The notes under the pieces are model-generated. The model ran no database searches. It had not been told where the DNA came from and saw nothing but the letters and a program-made list of their open reading frames with translations. The position numbers were made by a program, and so were the translations under genes. From NCBI GenBank assembly GCA_964016885.1, contig OZ024742.1, positions 124,124,001 through 124,188,000 on the forward strand: DNA of 64,000 nucleotides. The letters are read 5' to 3'. Shown in pieces: positions 13,507-26,000 of the stretch. How positions within the stretch are numbered: position 1 is the first letter of the stretch; the number at the start of each line of letters is the position of its first letter. The stretch comes from Eledone cirrhosa. Its lineage: Eukaryota.

Positions 13507-13921
13507 TGTACTCAGCCATGTACAGCGAATCTTCTTTTTATTATATATATATATATATATATAGTTTTGCGAGGTTTTTTATATGAAATCGTGTGTCGAA
13601 ACAAATATACTTGGGGAGGTGAGTGAGTTCTGTTATTAATTCTGACAATATTACACAAATATGACCCTCCCCAAGTATAACAATATATATATATATATAT
13701 ACATACATATATAATATATATATATATCTCTCTCTCTCTCTATATATATATATATGTATATAGTAATGTATCTCTTTTTGTGTTCTATATTATTTCTTTT
13801 CTTCCATCTATTCAAATATTGGCTCGTCACGCAGTTTCTGTTACAATAATGGTAACATCCTGATTGCTATTTCGTTACTTGAAATTTTTTTCTATTTTAA
13901 ATTTAAAGGTTCATATTAATA

Positions 13922-14008
13922 TCTTCTTCTTCTTCTTCTTCTTCTTCTTCTTCTTCTTCTTCTTCTTCTTCTTCTTCTTCTTCTTCTTCTTCTTCTTCTT
14001 CTTCTTCT
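13922..14008. repeat. (TTC)n microsatellite
   Basis: Perfect ttc run. Confidence 0.98.
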
Positions 14009-14412
14009 ATACACGCACACACATATATATATATTATACAATTTCCAAAATGACACATATTACCTGGATTATGGGGATGCTTGATTTACAGTTCTTCATT
14101 TATCTTTCTTTAAATTAAACTTGCCTATGGTATTTCCGACATTTAATGCAATGAAGGTAATCGTAATATTCTGCTGCATTACATAACTTATTGTTTATAA
14201 CTCCTATGTTTGTGAGATAATGCTTCCCTGTGTAAGGAAAACAATTCCACAAGTTTTGTTGCCATTTGATATAATAGTTCAGTTTTATAGATATTCATGT
14301 CAATAAATTGTCCTCACCCATCCTCTATATTTCTCGCTGACACTATCAACATTTTTATTGCTTACTTCACTGTTTGAGAGTCATGCGTTAAAATTCATGT
14401 TGACTCACAAAT

Positions 14413-14436
14413 TATATATATATATTTATATATATA

Positions 14437-14474
<38 letters not shown>

Positions 14475-14521
14475 TATATATATATATATATATACATATA
14501 TATAATTATATATATATATAT

Positions 14522-14581
<60 letters not shown>

Positions 14582-14631
14582 TATAGATATATATACAAAT
14601 ATATATAATTATATATATATATACATATATA

Positions 14632-14685
<54 letters not shown>

Positions 14686-14826
14686 TATATATATATATAT
14701 ACAGATGTAGATATATATACAAATATATATAATTATATATATATATATATATGTGTGTGTGTATGTGTATGTATGTATGTGTGTATGTGTGTGTGCGTGT
14801 GTATGTGTGTGTATGTGTGTGTGTGA
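14413..14826. repeat. Compound (TA)n/(TG)n microsatellite (one of many in the window)
   Basis: Direct inspection. Confidence 0.95.
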
Positions 14827-15342
14827 AAATAGGCAAAAACAGCTTTTCTTTCGTGCATGTTATGATGAAATCATGACTATGCACTATTTTCGCCATTTTT
14901 ATTCAGGATTTTTCATGTTTCCAGGCGAGCATTCACGCTTCGGAGACTTCACCGCTCCATCCTCAGTATTAGAATGTTGGCCACGTGCATAGTAGTGATA
15001 ATGATGAATTACGAGAAGGGTGGACATTGTTAACAGATGAATAGTTATGAAGGCGAATATAAATCTTGAATTATCAAATTAAGCATACGGAAAATAATTA
15101 CCAGTCTTCAATAATTGAAGAATTTTATATCAGAGCTATTCTGCGAGCATTTCTAAGCACATGACAAATATGCCTGTAGTATGTCTAATCTGATTTTGAA
15201 AAGTTAATACGTACATAGATTTTGAAAAGTTGGTGTTCGAAACACTCCAAAAATGATGTAAATACGAAGTCACCGTACCAAAAATGAACAACATGGAGTG
15301 TTGACGCGTCTTCAAAAAAAGATATATATATATATATATACT

Positions 15343-15383
<41 letters not shown>

Positions 15384-15484
15384 GAATATAGACATAGAAT
15401 ATTCGAGAATATTCTGTATGTTTATAATAAACATTTTGAAGACCTAATCGCTATAGAATAGAATACGTCACGTATTACAATTAG

Positions 15485-15573
15485 ATTCTCGATAAAAGCA
15501 AGGGAAGTAATCTACGCGTTTCATTCTTGTTAGAAATCATCAGGACTACATATCCAGTGCTTTTATCGAGAAT
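15485..15573 (-). ncRNA. Type I hammerhead ribozyme, inverted array copy (second minus copy ~15795-15862)
   Basis: Exact reverse complement of 15954-16042. Confidence 0.85.
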
Positions 15574-15953
15574 GACACAGCTAGAGACTTATAGAATACT
15601 TAGCTGTGTACAGGAACTGGTTTGAAAGAGCGGTTGCCGGTCCGGCAGAAATTAGAAATTGGAATAAATGCTCTGAAATAGCGATATATATTTGAATATA
15701 GACATAGAATATTCGAGAATATTCTGTATGTTTATAATAAACATTTTGAAGACCTAATCGCTATAGAATAGAATACGTCACGTATTACAATTAGATTCTC
15801 GATAAAAGCAAGGGAAGTAATCTACGCGTTTCATTCTTGTTAGAAATCATCAGGACTACATATTCCAATTTCTAATTTCTGCCGGACCGGCAACCGCTCT
15901 TTCAAACCAGTTCCTGTACACAGCTAAGTATTCTATAAGTCTCTAGCTGTGTC

Positions 15954-16042
15954 ATTCTCGATAAAAGCACTGGATATGTAGTCCTGATGATTTCTAACAA
16001 GAATGAAACGCGTAGATTACTTCCCTTGCTTTTATCGAGAAT
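15954..16042 (+). ncRNA. Type I hammerhead ribozyme, one per 310-bp unit (cores at 15984, 16294, 16604, 16914, 17224)
   Basis: gtagtc-CTGATGA-t ttct aaca agaa t-GAAA-cgc-GTA-gattac; stem I gtagtc/gattac extended by 16 bp attctcgataaaagca/tgcttttatcgagaat; palindromic ACGCGT stem III. Confidence 0.88.
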
Positions 16043-17413
16043 CTAATTGTAATACGTGACGTATTCTATTCTATAGCGATTAGGTCTTCAAAATGTTTAT
16101 TATAAACATACAGAATATTCTCGAATATTCTATGTCTATATTCACATATATATCGCTATTTCAGAGCATTTATTCCAATTTCTAATTTCTGCCGGACCGG
16201 CAACCGCTCTTTCAAACCAGTTCCTGTACACAGCTAAGTATTCTATAAGTCTCTAGCTGTGTCATTCTCGATAAAAGCACTGGATATGTAGTCCTGATGA
16301 TTTCTAACAAGAATGAAACGCGTAGATTACTTCCCTTGCTTTTATCGAGAATCTAATTGTAATACGTGACGTATTCTATTCTATAGCGATTAGGTCTTCA
16401 AAATGTTTATTATAAACATACAGAATATTCTCGAATATTCTATGTCTATATTCACATATATATCGCTATTTCAGAGCATTTATTCCAATTTCTAATTTCT
16501 GCCGGACCGGCAACCGCTCTTTCAAACCAGTTCCTGTACACAGCTAAGTATTCTATAAGTCTCTAGCTGTGTCATTCTCGATAAAAGCACTGGATATGTA
16601 GTCCTGGTGATTTCTAACAAGAATGAAACGCGTAGATTACTTCCCTTGCTTTTATCGAGAATCTAATTGTAATACGTGACGTATTCTATTCTATAGCGAT
16701 TAGGTCTTCAAAATGTTTATTATAAACATACAGAATATTCTCGAATATTCTATGTCTATATTCACATATATATCGCTATTTCAGAGCATTTATTCCAATT
16801 TCTAATTTCTGCCGGACCGGCAACCGCTCTTTCAAACCAGTTCCTGTACACAGCTAAGTATTCTATAAGTCTCTAGCTGTGTCATTCTCGATAAAAGCAC
16901 TGGATATGTAGTCCTGATGATTTCTAACAAGAATGAAACGCGTAGATTACTTCCCTTGCTTTTATCGAGAATCTAATTGTAATACGTGACGTATTCTATT
17001 CTATAGCGATTAGGTCTTCAAAATGTTTATTATAAACATACAGAATATTCTCGAATATTCTATGTCTATATTCACATATATATCGCTATTTCAGAGCATT
17101 TATTCCAATTTCTAATTTCTGCCGGACCGGCAACCGCTCTTTCAAACCAGTTCCTGTACACAGCTAAGTATTCTATAAGTCTCTAGCTGTGTCATTCTCG
17201 ATAAAAGCACTGGATATGTAGTCCTGATGATTTCTAACAAGAATGAAACGCGTAGATTACTTCCCTTGCTTTTATCGAGAATCTAATTGTAATACGTGAC
17301 GTATTCTATTCTATAGCGATTAGGTCTTCAAAATGTTTATTATAAACATACAGAATATTCTCGAATATTCTATGTCTATATTCACATATATATCGCTATT
17401 TCAGAGCATTTAT

Positions 17414-17449
<36 letters not shown>

Positions 17450-17450
17450 T

Positions 17451-17538
<88 letters not shown>

Positions 17539-17679
17539 TATGTATATACACTCATACACACTCACACACACATATATCATATATATATATATATATCGAG
17601 CGTGTGTGTGTAATAACAGATATAGTTGCGTACCGTTCGAAGAAGTCAATTTTGCACATGAAGATATATATATAAATAG

Positions 17680-17811
<132 letters not shown>

Positions 17812-17859
17812 TGTTTTTCATTGTGAGCGTGTATATTTTCCCATCGTTCTTTACTTGTA

Positions 17860-18430
17860 ACATTTATACATGTTGGTGTGTCACTGTCCTTGCATTTTTG
17901 TGATTATATAATGTTTTTCTGTAAAATTGTTGGGATGTGTGTTAAATGTGATTTTGTGTTTTTCTGTCTAGCCATAGTATTTCACTTATCATGTGATTAA
18001 TAACAATACAATCACAAGATAGGAAATTGTCTAGGATACTAGTTTTATTTTTTTAAATGTTAGCTTTACTTTAAGAATCAATCTAATGTTTCTACAATAT
18101 ACTGTTGTAATGCATTTCTTCCATTCGTGTGTACTATGATTTTGGGCAATTCATTGATTTTTAAGAATTGGCGACTCTGCGCTTGTTCGATCGTACATAT
18201 TTCTCTTTCTTTAGCCAGCATAACATTTATGTAGTTAATCAATTCTCATCTATATGAAGGTTAACGGGATGAATTTCCTAATCCGATTCACATATGTATT
18301 CATCCAGTAAATAAGTGTCCTGCTTGAACAGTTTCCACGTTGGTTATCATCTGCAGTGCAAAACTTGATGTAATCTACATACAAAAGATGGTTTATTTTC
18401 TATCCTTATAATTCCTTATGTGAGATTTAG
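17860..18430 (-). pseudogene. Highly decayed R4/Dong-like RT remnant
   Basis: Minus-strand peptides INHLLYVDYIK (cf. INHLLFMDDLK at ~29950) and LDRKT. Confidence 0.5.
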
Positions 18431-19149
18431 GCGAATTACATCTTGGTTAGTGTTATTAGGTCCGGGAAGAACATATGATTGAACAGAGTGTCCAGTTACC
18501 CAAATATATGTGGTTTGTGTTAATGGATTCTTCTTAAGTTTTGTCTGTAAAATGTTTTGCTATTTAGTAGTGAAGGATTAATATGTGGTCTTGGTATTGT
18601 TATAGCATTAAGAGGGGTGGATTGGCAATATCCCTCTGACATCGAACATAATGCTACGCAGCATATACTTACGGACGTTTAAATATTGATTTCATCCTAA
18701 CGGGTTCGATGAAATATAGCGCCACTAATACTCTGGGATCGCTTTAATTGACTTTACACTCCGGCCCAAATTGTCAGCTTTGTGCCTAAATCAGAAACCC
18801 TTTTTTTAATAAAAATATATAACACAATTATGGAGGAATGTTCTCAAATTTCTTCCGGTTGTCCTGTTGTCAATCCGTAAAATACAGAACAGTAGTTGCC
18901 CCCTTTCCTTTGAATAAATCAGAGGCTTTATTGACGAGTATGTCTTATACCAACGGACCATTTAAATATGATTGAATCCCATAATAGATTTTTTTAATTG
19001 TCCACTCTAAGGGGCACATTTAGCTATTCATTATTCCTGATGAGTTTAACGAAAATAGAATAATTAATCTTATTTGTTACTATAAATACTTTTATTTTTA
19101 AACAGAACTCACAAAATAATACAACAAAATTAAGTAAGGAAAAAAATAA

Positions 19150-20610
19150 AAATTGGTAAAGTAGGGCAAATCTGACTACGTAAGAAAGTGAAAGACTTGA
19201 CACCTAGTTCGGGGTGGTATTTCGACTGCAGCCCGCCGAAAAAATTGCAAAGGCAATTCTGCGGTCAGCAACACTTGCAGCAACAGCCAGCCCACCCCTC
19301 GCGGGGCTCCTTTCTCAAACGGGCTACTGTCGTTCCGATTTTACTTACGATGTACGGGGTACGAGGAATCCTGAGGTCTCGATATCGACTGATGTAAAGT
19401 GGAATCGGACCGACATGTCTCGGTACTTTCTTGTCTTCCTGCCCTCTGCATTGCGGACCGTGGCACAGGGGTTTGTGGCCGAAACGACTAACTTGGATTC
19501 GGAAATCGTATCACAGCATGTTGCATCCCAGATTAGGGAATTACATCCTACGAAAGGGTAGATGGTAATTATGTCAAGGCGCTTCCTTTCTCCACGGTTG
19601 TGGCCTGCTGGCACCAATTGTGCTGGGAAGCTACCTGCACCCACGCTCTTTCACATTATGGCGTTGAGAGCGAGATGTCGGCAAAACCGGCCCGCGCTCT
19701 GGTCGCATGATAGTGGGTGCAGGCCAAAAACGTCGACGACAGGGTCACAACGGCATTTGTGCAGCTCACACACGAGAAATTCAAAGCCAAAGCGTTGGCC
19801 CACTCCGATTCAGGTGCACTCATCATAAAGAAGAGCAGCGGTTGATGAGGAGAGCACTGAATTGAGCCACGCGTGCTCTTTTGCCGTGAAGCAAAACGGA
19901 TGCAGCCGTTGACAGATACGAATGGAGATTCAGGATTGGAGAGCTAGGAATGCAGCAGGTGAATTTGGGCGTTAGTGAGAACGGGCTTTAGAGGGAACAG
20001 AATGGATACTGAATGGATACTGAGTCAGGCGTCGTAGAATTCAGCCTCACCGTAGCTAACATTTATCACATTTGTTTCGGATGGGCTGGTCTGGGTGGAC
20101 TGATTAACCGAACGTCCTCAGTTACAGACGGAGCTAAGATCCTCAATATTGCATCGTCTAGGTACCAGACATTAAAGGGCAACCGGGTAGAGCGGACAAC
20201 GATATCGACTGCCCTTGGCGGACACCCGTAGCGGCCGTAACCTCGTTGTCAGCGGCCATAAGTGTGCTGGGTCTTTCGCACGAGAGGTGAGAAAGAGGGA
20301 AAATTGAGGGATCTCCTTTTTGGCATGTCTTTAAAATGTGATCCAGCCTAATGCTTTTGAAAGGCTTTCTCATGACCAGCTTAACAAGGAGGTGGGATGA
20401 CGTAGGAGGCGTGTGCTCTACACATTGTCTGGCTGACCACCTCATATCCACACTTAACTCTCATCCACATCAGGACAAGACTTAGTGCCTTGCCCAGGTA
20501 ATCGTGCAAATTATCTTGGCTGCAAGTCGTCGAAAGACGTTGCCCACAGCGATGGGACGGATGTCTTCGTCATTCTTCCTCAGAGCGGTCAGGCAGGCCG
20601 AGAAAAAAGG
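19150..20610 (-). mobile_element. Decayed CRE-clade non-LTR retrotransposon (RT plus C-terminal endonuclease region)
   Basis: Minus-strand peptides LTALRKNDEDIRPIAVGNVFRRLAAK, TGVRQG, WYLDDA, KRLDIITIYPF..LIWDATCCDT; GC-rich island. Confidence 0.8.
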
Positions 20611-21734
20611 TCAAAATATTTAATAGGTGGCATTTATAGTAAATGAGAAAAAAGGGGGGATAATCCCAACAGAGAACATTTTTTTTCCTTTAGAAAATCA
20701 GATAGCTAATAACCAAAGTTATCGAATCTATTTTTTCGTTAAACTTTAGTTTCCCTTTCAATATATATATACATATATACTCACACGCACACGCACACAT
20801 ACATACACACACGCACGCACACAGACAAACAAACACACACACACACATATGCATATATAGTTGATGAAAGAAAGAGAGTGTTACATTATAAACAAAGAAC
20901 GAATGTGGATAACATGAAAAAAAGTAATTTCTTGGAACGATTGCACACGAACATCTATCTTCCTAGTCAGACACTCTACATATTAAATGGGACATGGAAC
21001 AAATGAGGCAAATTGCAATAAACATCAGTATTTTGTTTCATTCATATTATCGTCAGTAATATCTATAATATGTATAACCAGAAATTACATATGTTATTTT
21101 ATATTTCGAATGTTCCATATTGTTGATATATCTTTCCAATAGGTATCATTAGATGCTTTAGATACTGATATACAGCTAGTTTTACATTATTTTCATAATC
21201 AACTTAAATAACCTTACTGTATACCAGTTATGTTAACCATTATCAATGTTTGGACGTACATCTATAAAGAATTATCCGTTATCCGTTTCACTAGTAAGGC
21301 AAGATGTATAAAGATATTTGTGCATTAATATTCCCAGAGATTATCGATGTGAGAGCATATTTGACAGAAAAATTATAGATGTTATGTTTTACTTATTATT
21401 GATGAGAACTAGTGTTGCGTGGAATCATGTAAAGTAATATACTTAAAATATATGTTGAGTTTTATAAAATAATTTCAGACTTAGATATATACTTAATTTT
21501 TTGTCATCTGTTTCTATAGATCCATTTTTGTTATCTCTACTCATCGGATATTTTGGGTGAAATTGAGCCTGTTTATATTGTTGTATTCAGTATGTAGTCA
21601 TACTTATCTGTAAAGATATTTTATTTCCGAGATCAACATTAGCTATACACCAGTTTGACATTTTTTTCACTTGTCGTGCATTCAACTAACATACATGTAT
21701 CGTGTTTAAACGCTTTCCTGTTTTACCAATATTT

Positions 21735-21915
21735 GGATTGGCAGTATCGGTAGAAGGTCGGACGCCATGCTTTCCAGCATAGTGACGTCTCTTTACGATC
21801 TGAGTTCAAATCCCGCCCAGGTTGACTTTGCCTTTCATCCTTACGGGGTCGATAAAATAAAGTACTAGTAATGCACTGGGTAATTGCTGGCCTTGTGCCT
21901 AAAGTAGAAACAATT
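21735..21915 (+). mobile_element. tRNA-derived SINE (family A)
   Basis: A box tggcagtatcgg, B box gagttcaaatcc, family core, ends gtagaaacaattatt; two partial minus copies at ~22231-22474. Confidence 0.9.
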
Positions 21916-22744
21916 ATTTTTAGATAATATGTTGTCAATTTATATTTTCACGCTTAATGTATTTCCTTATTTATTTAACATAGAACTCTAGTTTTACGTG
22001 TGTTGTGTTGAAGCAAATAACTTTGTGCATACTCAGGTAATATATCTTACATTGCCCATGGAGTGCGCTGAGATACAACTGGTACTGGCATTGATAAATA
22101 TGCTGGGTCCGTCAACCCTTATTATATATATATATATAGATATATATGTATGTGTGAGTGCAAGTATGTATATACATATATATGTATACACACACACACA
22201 CATACACACATATATATATATATATTGCGCTCTCTACTTTTGGAACAAGGCCAGCAATCACCCAGTGTATTATTTTACTTTATTTCATCGACCCCGTAAG
22301 GATGAAAAGCGACGTTAACCTCGGAGGGATTATATTATTGTTTCTACTTTTGGTGCAAGGCCAGCAATTTTCCCAGTGTATTACTGCTACTTTATTTTAT
22401 CGACCCCGTAAGGATGAAATGTAAAGTTAATCTCGGTGGAATTTGAACTCAGACCATAAAGGGCCGTAACTCTTAAATATAATATCGATTGATCGGGTCC
22501 AGGTTCGTGTTTAGCCTGTTTGTATTATCGTTGTTTTAGTGGCTTTTGTGGCAACAACTCCCCGGCCGCAAAATTTCACTCTGTCACAACCCTGACGTAT
22601 TGTTATTACTATGATCTATAATTTATCGATGTATTGATATCAATCTCATTGAGTGCTTCGTGCCGCTTCTGAAGATTGACATCGAAAAATACTACTCGCA
22701 GCTTCAACTTCCATTTTACTCACTATTATTATTATCATTATTAT

Positions 22745-22815
22745 TGTACTGTCCTTAATGTCTACTTTATGTAAACCCTTGTGGTTAATAAAGAAAGTAT
22801 TATTATTATTATTAT
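22745..22815 (+). mobile_element. Extremely 5'-truncated Tx1-like 3' end with (ATT)n tail
   Basis: Matches 28577-28645 (gtactgtc.ttaatgtctacttt.tgtaaacccttgtggttaataaagaaag). Confidence 0.8.
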
Positions 22816-23027
22816 CGGTTATCATTATAAAACAGCGGTAAGTACGGCGGAGTAAGCTGGTTGAATTTTTATGAATTATCGAAAGTTCTAATAATATATT
22901 TTTACATCGGTGTGTAGTTAAAGAACCTCTCTGTCAAAGGAGGTGGTGTTTTAACTGTATCTCGCGCCTTTGAGGGATAAATTTGCTTTTATTTACAATC
23001 ATAACCCCATAATTTAAAAAAAAAAAC

Positions 23028-26000
23028 ATGGTTGACAAAGACAATTGTACACAGGGAGGAACAGCGAGTTGTTCAGAGGGCGGAACAGCCATTTCCACCC
23101 AATCACAAGGCAAAGTAAAAAACAAGAGAAACAGCAGCTGCAGCAGCGACAGTGACAGTGATAATGATATCAGCAGCAGCTGTCACTGGAACAGTAGTAG
23201 TAGCAGTAGTGAAAATGATATCGAAAAATGTCCTGCGTTACAGAAATCAAAGACCACTACCACCCCAATAACAACAATAACAACAGCAACAGCCACACAG
23301 AACCCAAAGAACAACAACTATAACAGCAGCAACACAGAGGAAAAATAAACAAACAAAAACACCGGCGACGGCACAAAGACAAAACTAGTGACGTGTCAAC
23401 ACAAATCAAAACAACACATCTTTCGCGAAAGCGACCAACAAGTTTGAGCAAATAAACATCACTAACGAAGAGATAAAACAAGCAAAGGTCTTGGTTAAAA
23501 AAGACCGGACACAGGGTAAGTCTCACCAGCCCAGCTGAGATAATACGAAACAAACTTTAGTGTTCGGTCAGTTATCGCACGATCGGATCAAAATCCGGGT
23601 GAGTTGAACGGTCAACGGAGTCACAGATCCAGAGAGCTATGGGTGCCGTCTGGGCACAGAAAACATATATAGCCCGGTGATAGAGATATGGCACTGTGGA
23701 TGTGTTCTTCGCTACACAAGAGGAAGCCAGATACCACTCCATTGCACCACTCCGCAGCGACGAAATCACAATGATGCCCACAAATTGCGGCCAGAGAGTC
23801 GTGAGGGTTCGAGTAGGCCAGGTTCCACCCTCAGTTGAGATGGCGTGGTTGACGGCAGCCGTCCTCGCTGACGTTGAAGATTCAACAACCATACTCAACG
23901 TCATTCGAATAAGACAGGAAAATAGGACAGGGTCGGGGATGGAGCTAATCATCCAAGCAAACCACGAAAGCGTTGAGGCAATCCCCGATGTAATAGACTT
24001 GGACGACGGCAGCCATCTACCCGTGACTGTCGAAGGTTGGCGCAAAGGTGTTATGGATGCGGTGAGAAGGCGCACCTTAATGCATTCTACCCCAAAATTA
24101 TCCAAACAGGCACGCGCTCACCCCTTCTCCCCACGCCGTGCCCCGCAACTGGAGCAGACAAACAAACAAAGAACACAGTGACAGAAGAGAAATCACCATC
24201 ACCAACAACAGAAACACCATCTCTTCCACGACCCACAAAACCAATGGAAAGCATACCCCTTCCTGATATAGCCAAATCGGACAAGGAGTGCGATGAAGCC
24301 GAAGAGTGGAGGACTATTCCAACAATAAAAGGAAGAACTCCCTACCCTCACCCCCCCCCCCCCAAAAAAAAGAGGAAGAAAGAACCTTAAAAATAAAGAA
24401 AATGAAAACTACCCACCTCCTCCACCACTATCAACAGCCACACTCCCACAAGAACCTGCACAATCACCACCACCACCAACAACAACACCACCACCACCAC
24501 CGCCACGACCACAGCCACCACTACCACCACCATCCCCATCCTTACCATCCACCCCATTGTCACCTCCAACAACATGACAGCAAACACAGAAAACACCAAC
24601 ACCCAAACAGGAGACACAATACACAGCCATAGACAGACAATACAAAGCTTTTAAATTACATTCAACACCACACCAACATCACAGAAACAAACTACGTACA
24701 AACCACCAAAATGGCACCCCCCGCCCCACACACACACACATTAAAATAATAGAAATTACACAAAATCATTACATAACATTAAAAAAGAAGTTCCCCACAT
24801 CAATTGGAGACTACCGAGGGAACATCACCAAAATACTATTCACGGATATTCTCGTGGAGAAACCCACCAATGGTCGGAGGGATGGATCATCCACCCCCTT
24901 CCTAAAGAAAAGTCACAGGTAAATTTTTTTTGTACCTCTCCCCTCTCACTTGTTTTCCTCCTATCCTAGCCAACATGAGTACTCTCAGAATAGGTAGCAT
25001 AAATGTACGTGGCCTGGGGTTGTCTAGGATGCAGGGGCACCTACTGAACGATATCAGGTCGCTAAACATAGATGTGGCGGCCATCAGCAAGACCAGAATC
25101 TCCGAGGAATGGGGCCTTCGCACCGACTTTCGGTGGCTACGATGTGTACGCATCCCAGCCGTCCTGGATCGGGGGGCGGGGGAGATGCTGTGCCTTTTCG
25201 GAGAGGTTTGGATCTTGCCATACATGCCATCGTCCTGGGCCCAGAAAGTAAGTTGGTGGTGTTGGACGTGACCAGCGGAGACGGGAAAGCTTTCAGGCTA
25301 GTGGCCGTCTATGCCCCAACAGGAGCGAGGCGGCCTGATTTCTTCCGGCGTCTGGAGACCTTTCTTGGAACGTCCCGGTCTTTAGTGTTAGTGGGCGACT
25401 GGAACGGGATCTTATATGCTCGCTGGGACTGTGTGGGATTAGTGGATAGGGGAGGAGGGTGCTAGAGCCTCACCAACCTGCTCAGTCGTTTTGAACTGTC
25501 TGACAGGTACCGATTGGATTTCCCGAATGTGCAATGTGGAATTGGACAAGCCGCATCGGGTCATCCAGATCATATCTAGATAGAGTAGTTTGAAGGGAAA
25601 TAGATTGGTATAGCATAGGCTGTCCACAATTCAAGATAGTCAGCTACACGGATCACAAATTCCTGATCTGTGTGATTGACTTAGATAGGCTTCATAGACA
25701 AGGACCCGGCTACTGAAATCTAAAAGCGTTATTACCAGCGCGCAAGGCCTACAGAGACCGGATTAGCGAACTAGTTAAGCGGGCGCTGACGGGGGCCATC
25801 GTCAACGGCGAGTGGTGGTTTGCTCTAAAAAGAACGATTAGATCAGAGTCCATTAATTTTGTAAGGCTTTAGCAATAGAGAAAAATAGAGCAGAGGGAGA
25901 ACTAGTTAGAAAATTAGACGAGGCGCTTAGCAAAGGCATCACGACCAACGTACTTGCGGCGAAATTGGCCCTTGACCAATTCTTCAATGCAAAGCACGAA

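Larger units (their letters stand above)
15383..17419. repeat. 310-bp tandem array (5 forward units at 15861-17410 plus ~1.5 inverted units at 15383-15862), retrozyme-like
   Basis: tattccaat recurs at 15861, 16171, 16481, 16791, 17101, 17411; units nearly identical; (TA)n on both flanks. Confidence 0.97.

Noticed and set aside
15861-17410. CRISPR-like array
   Set aside because: Units are identical over their full 310 bp with no unique spacers, and no cas genes are present
22669-22700. CTGAAGA..GAAA hammerhead-like string (similar one at ~12752)
   Set aside because: Stem I and stem II do not pair
24306-24645. His-rich and Gly/Val-rich ORFs
   Set aside because: Low-complexity CAC/CAA tract inside the Tx1-like element
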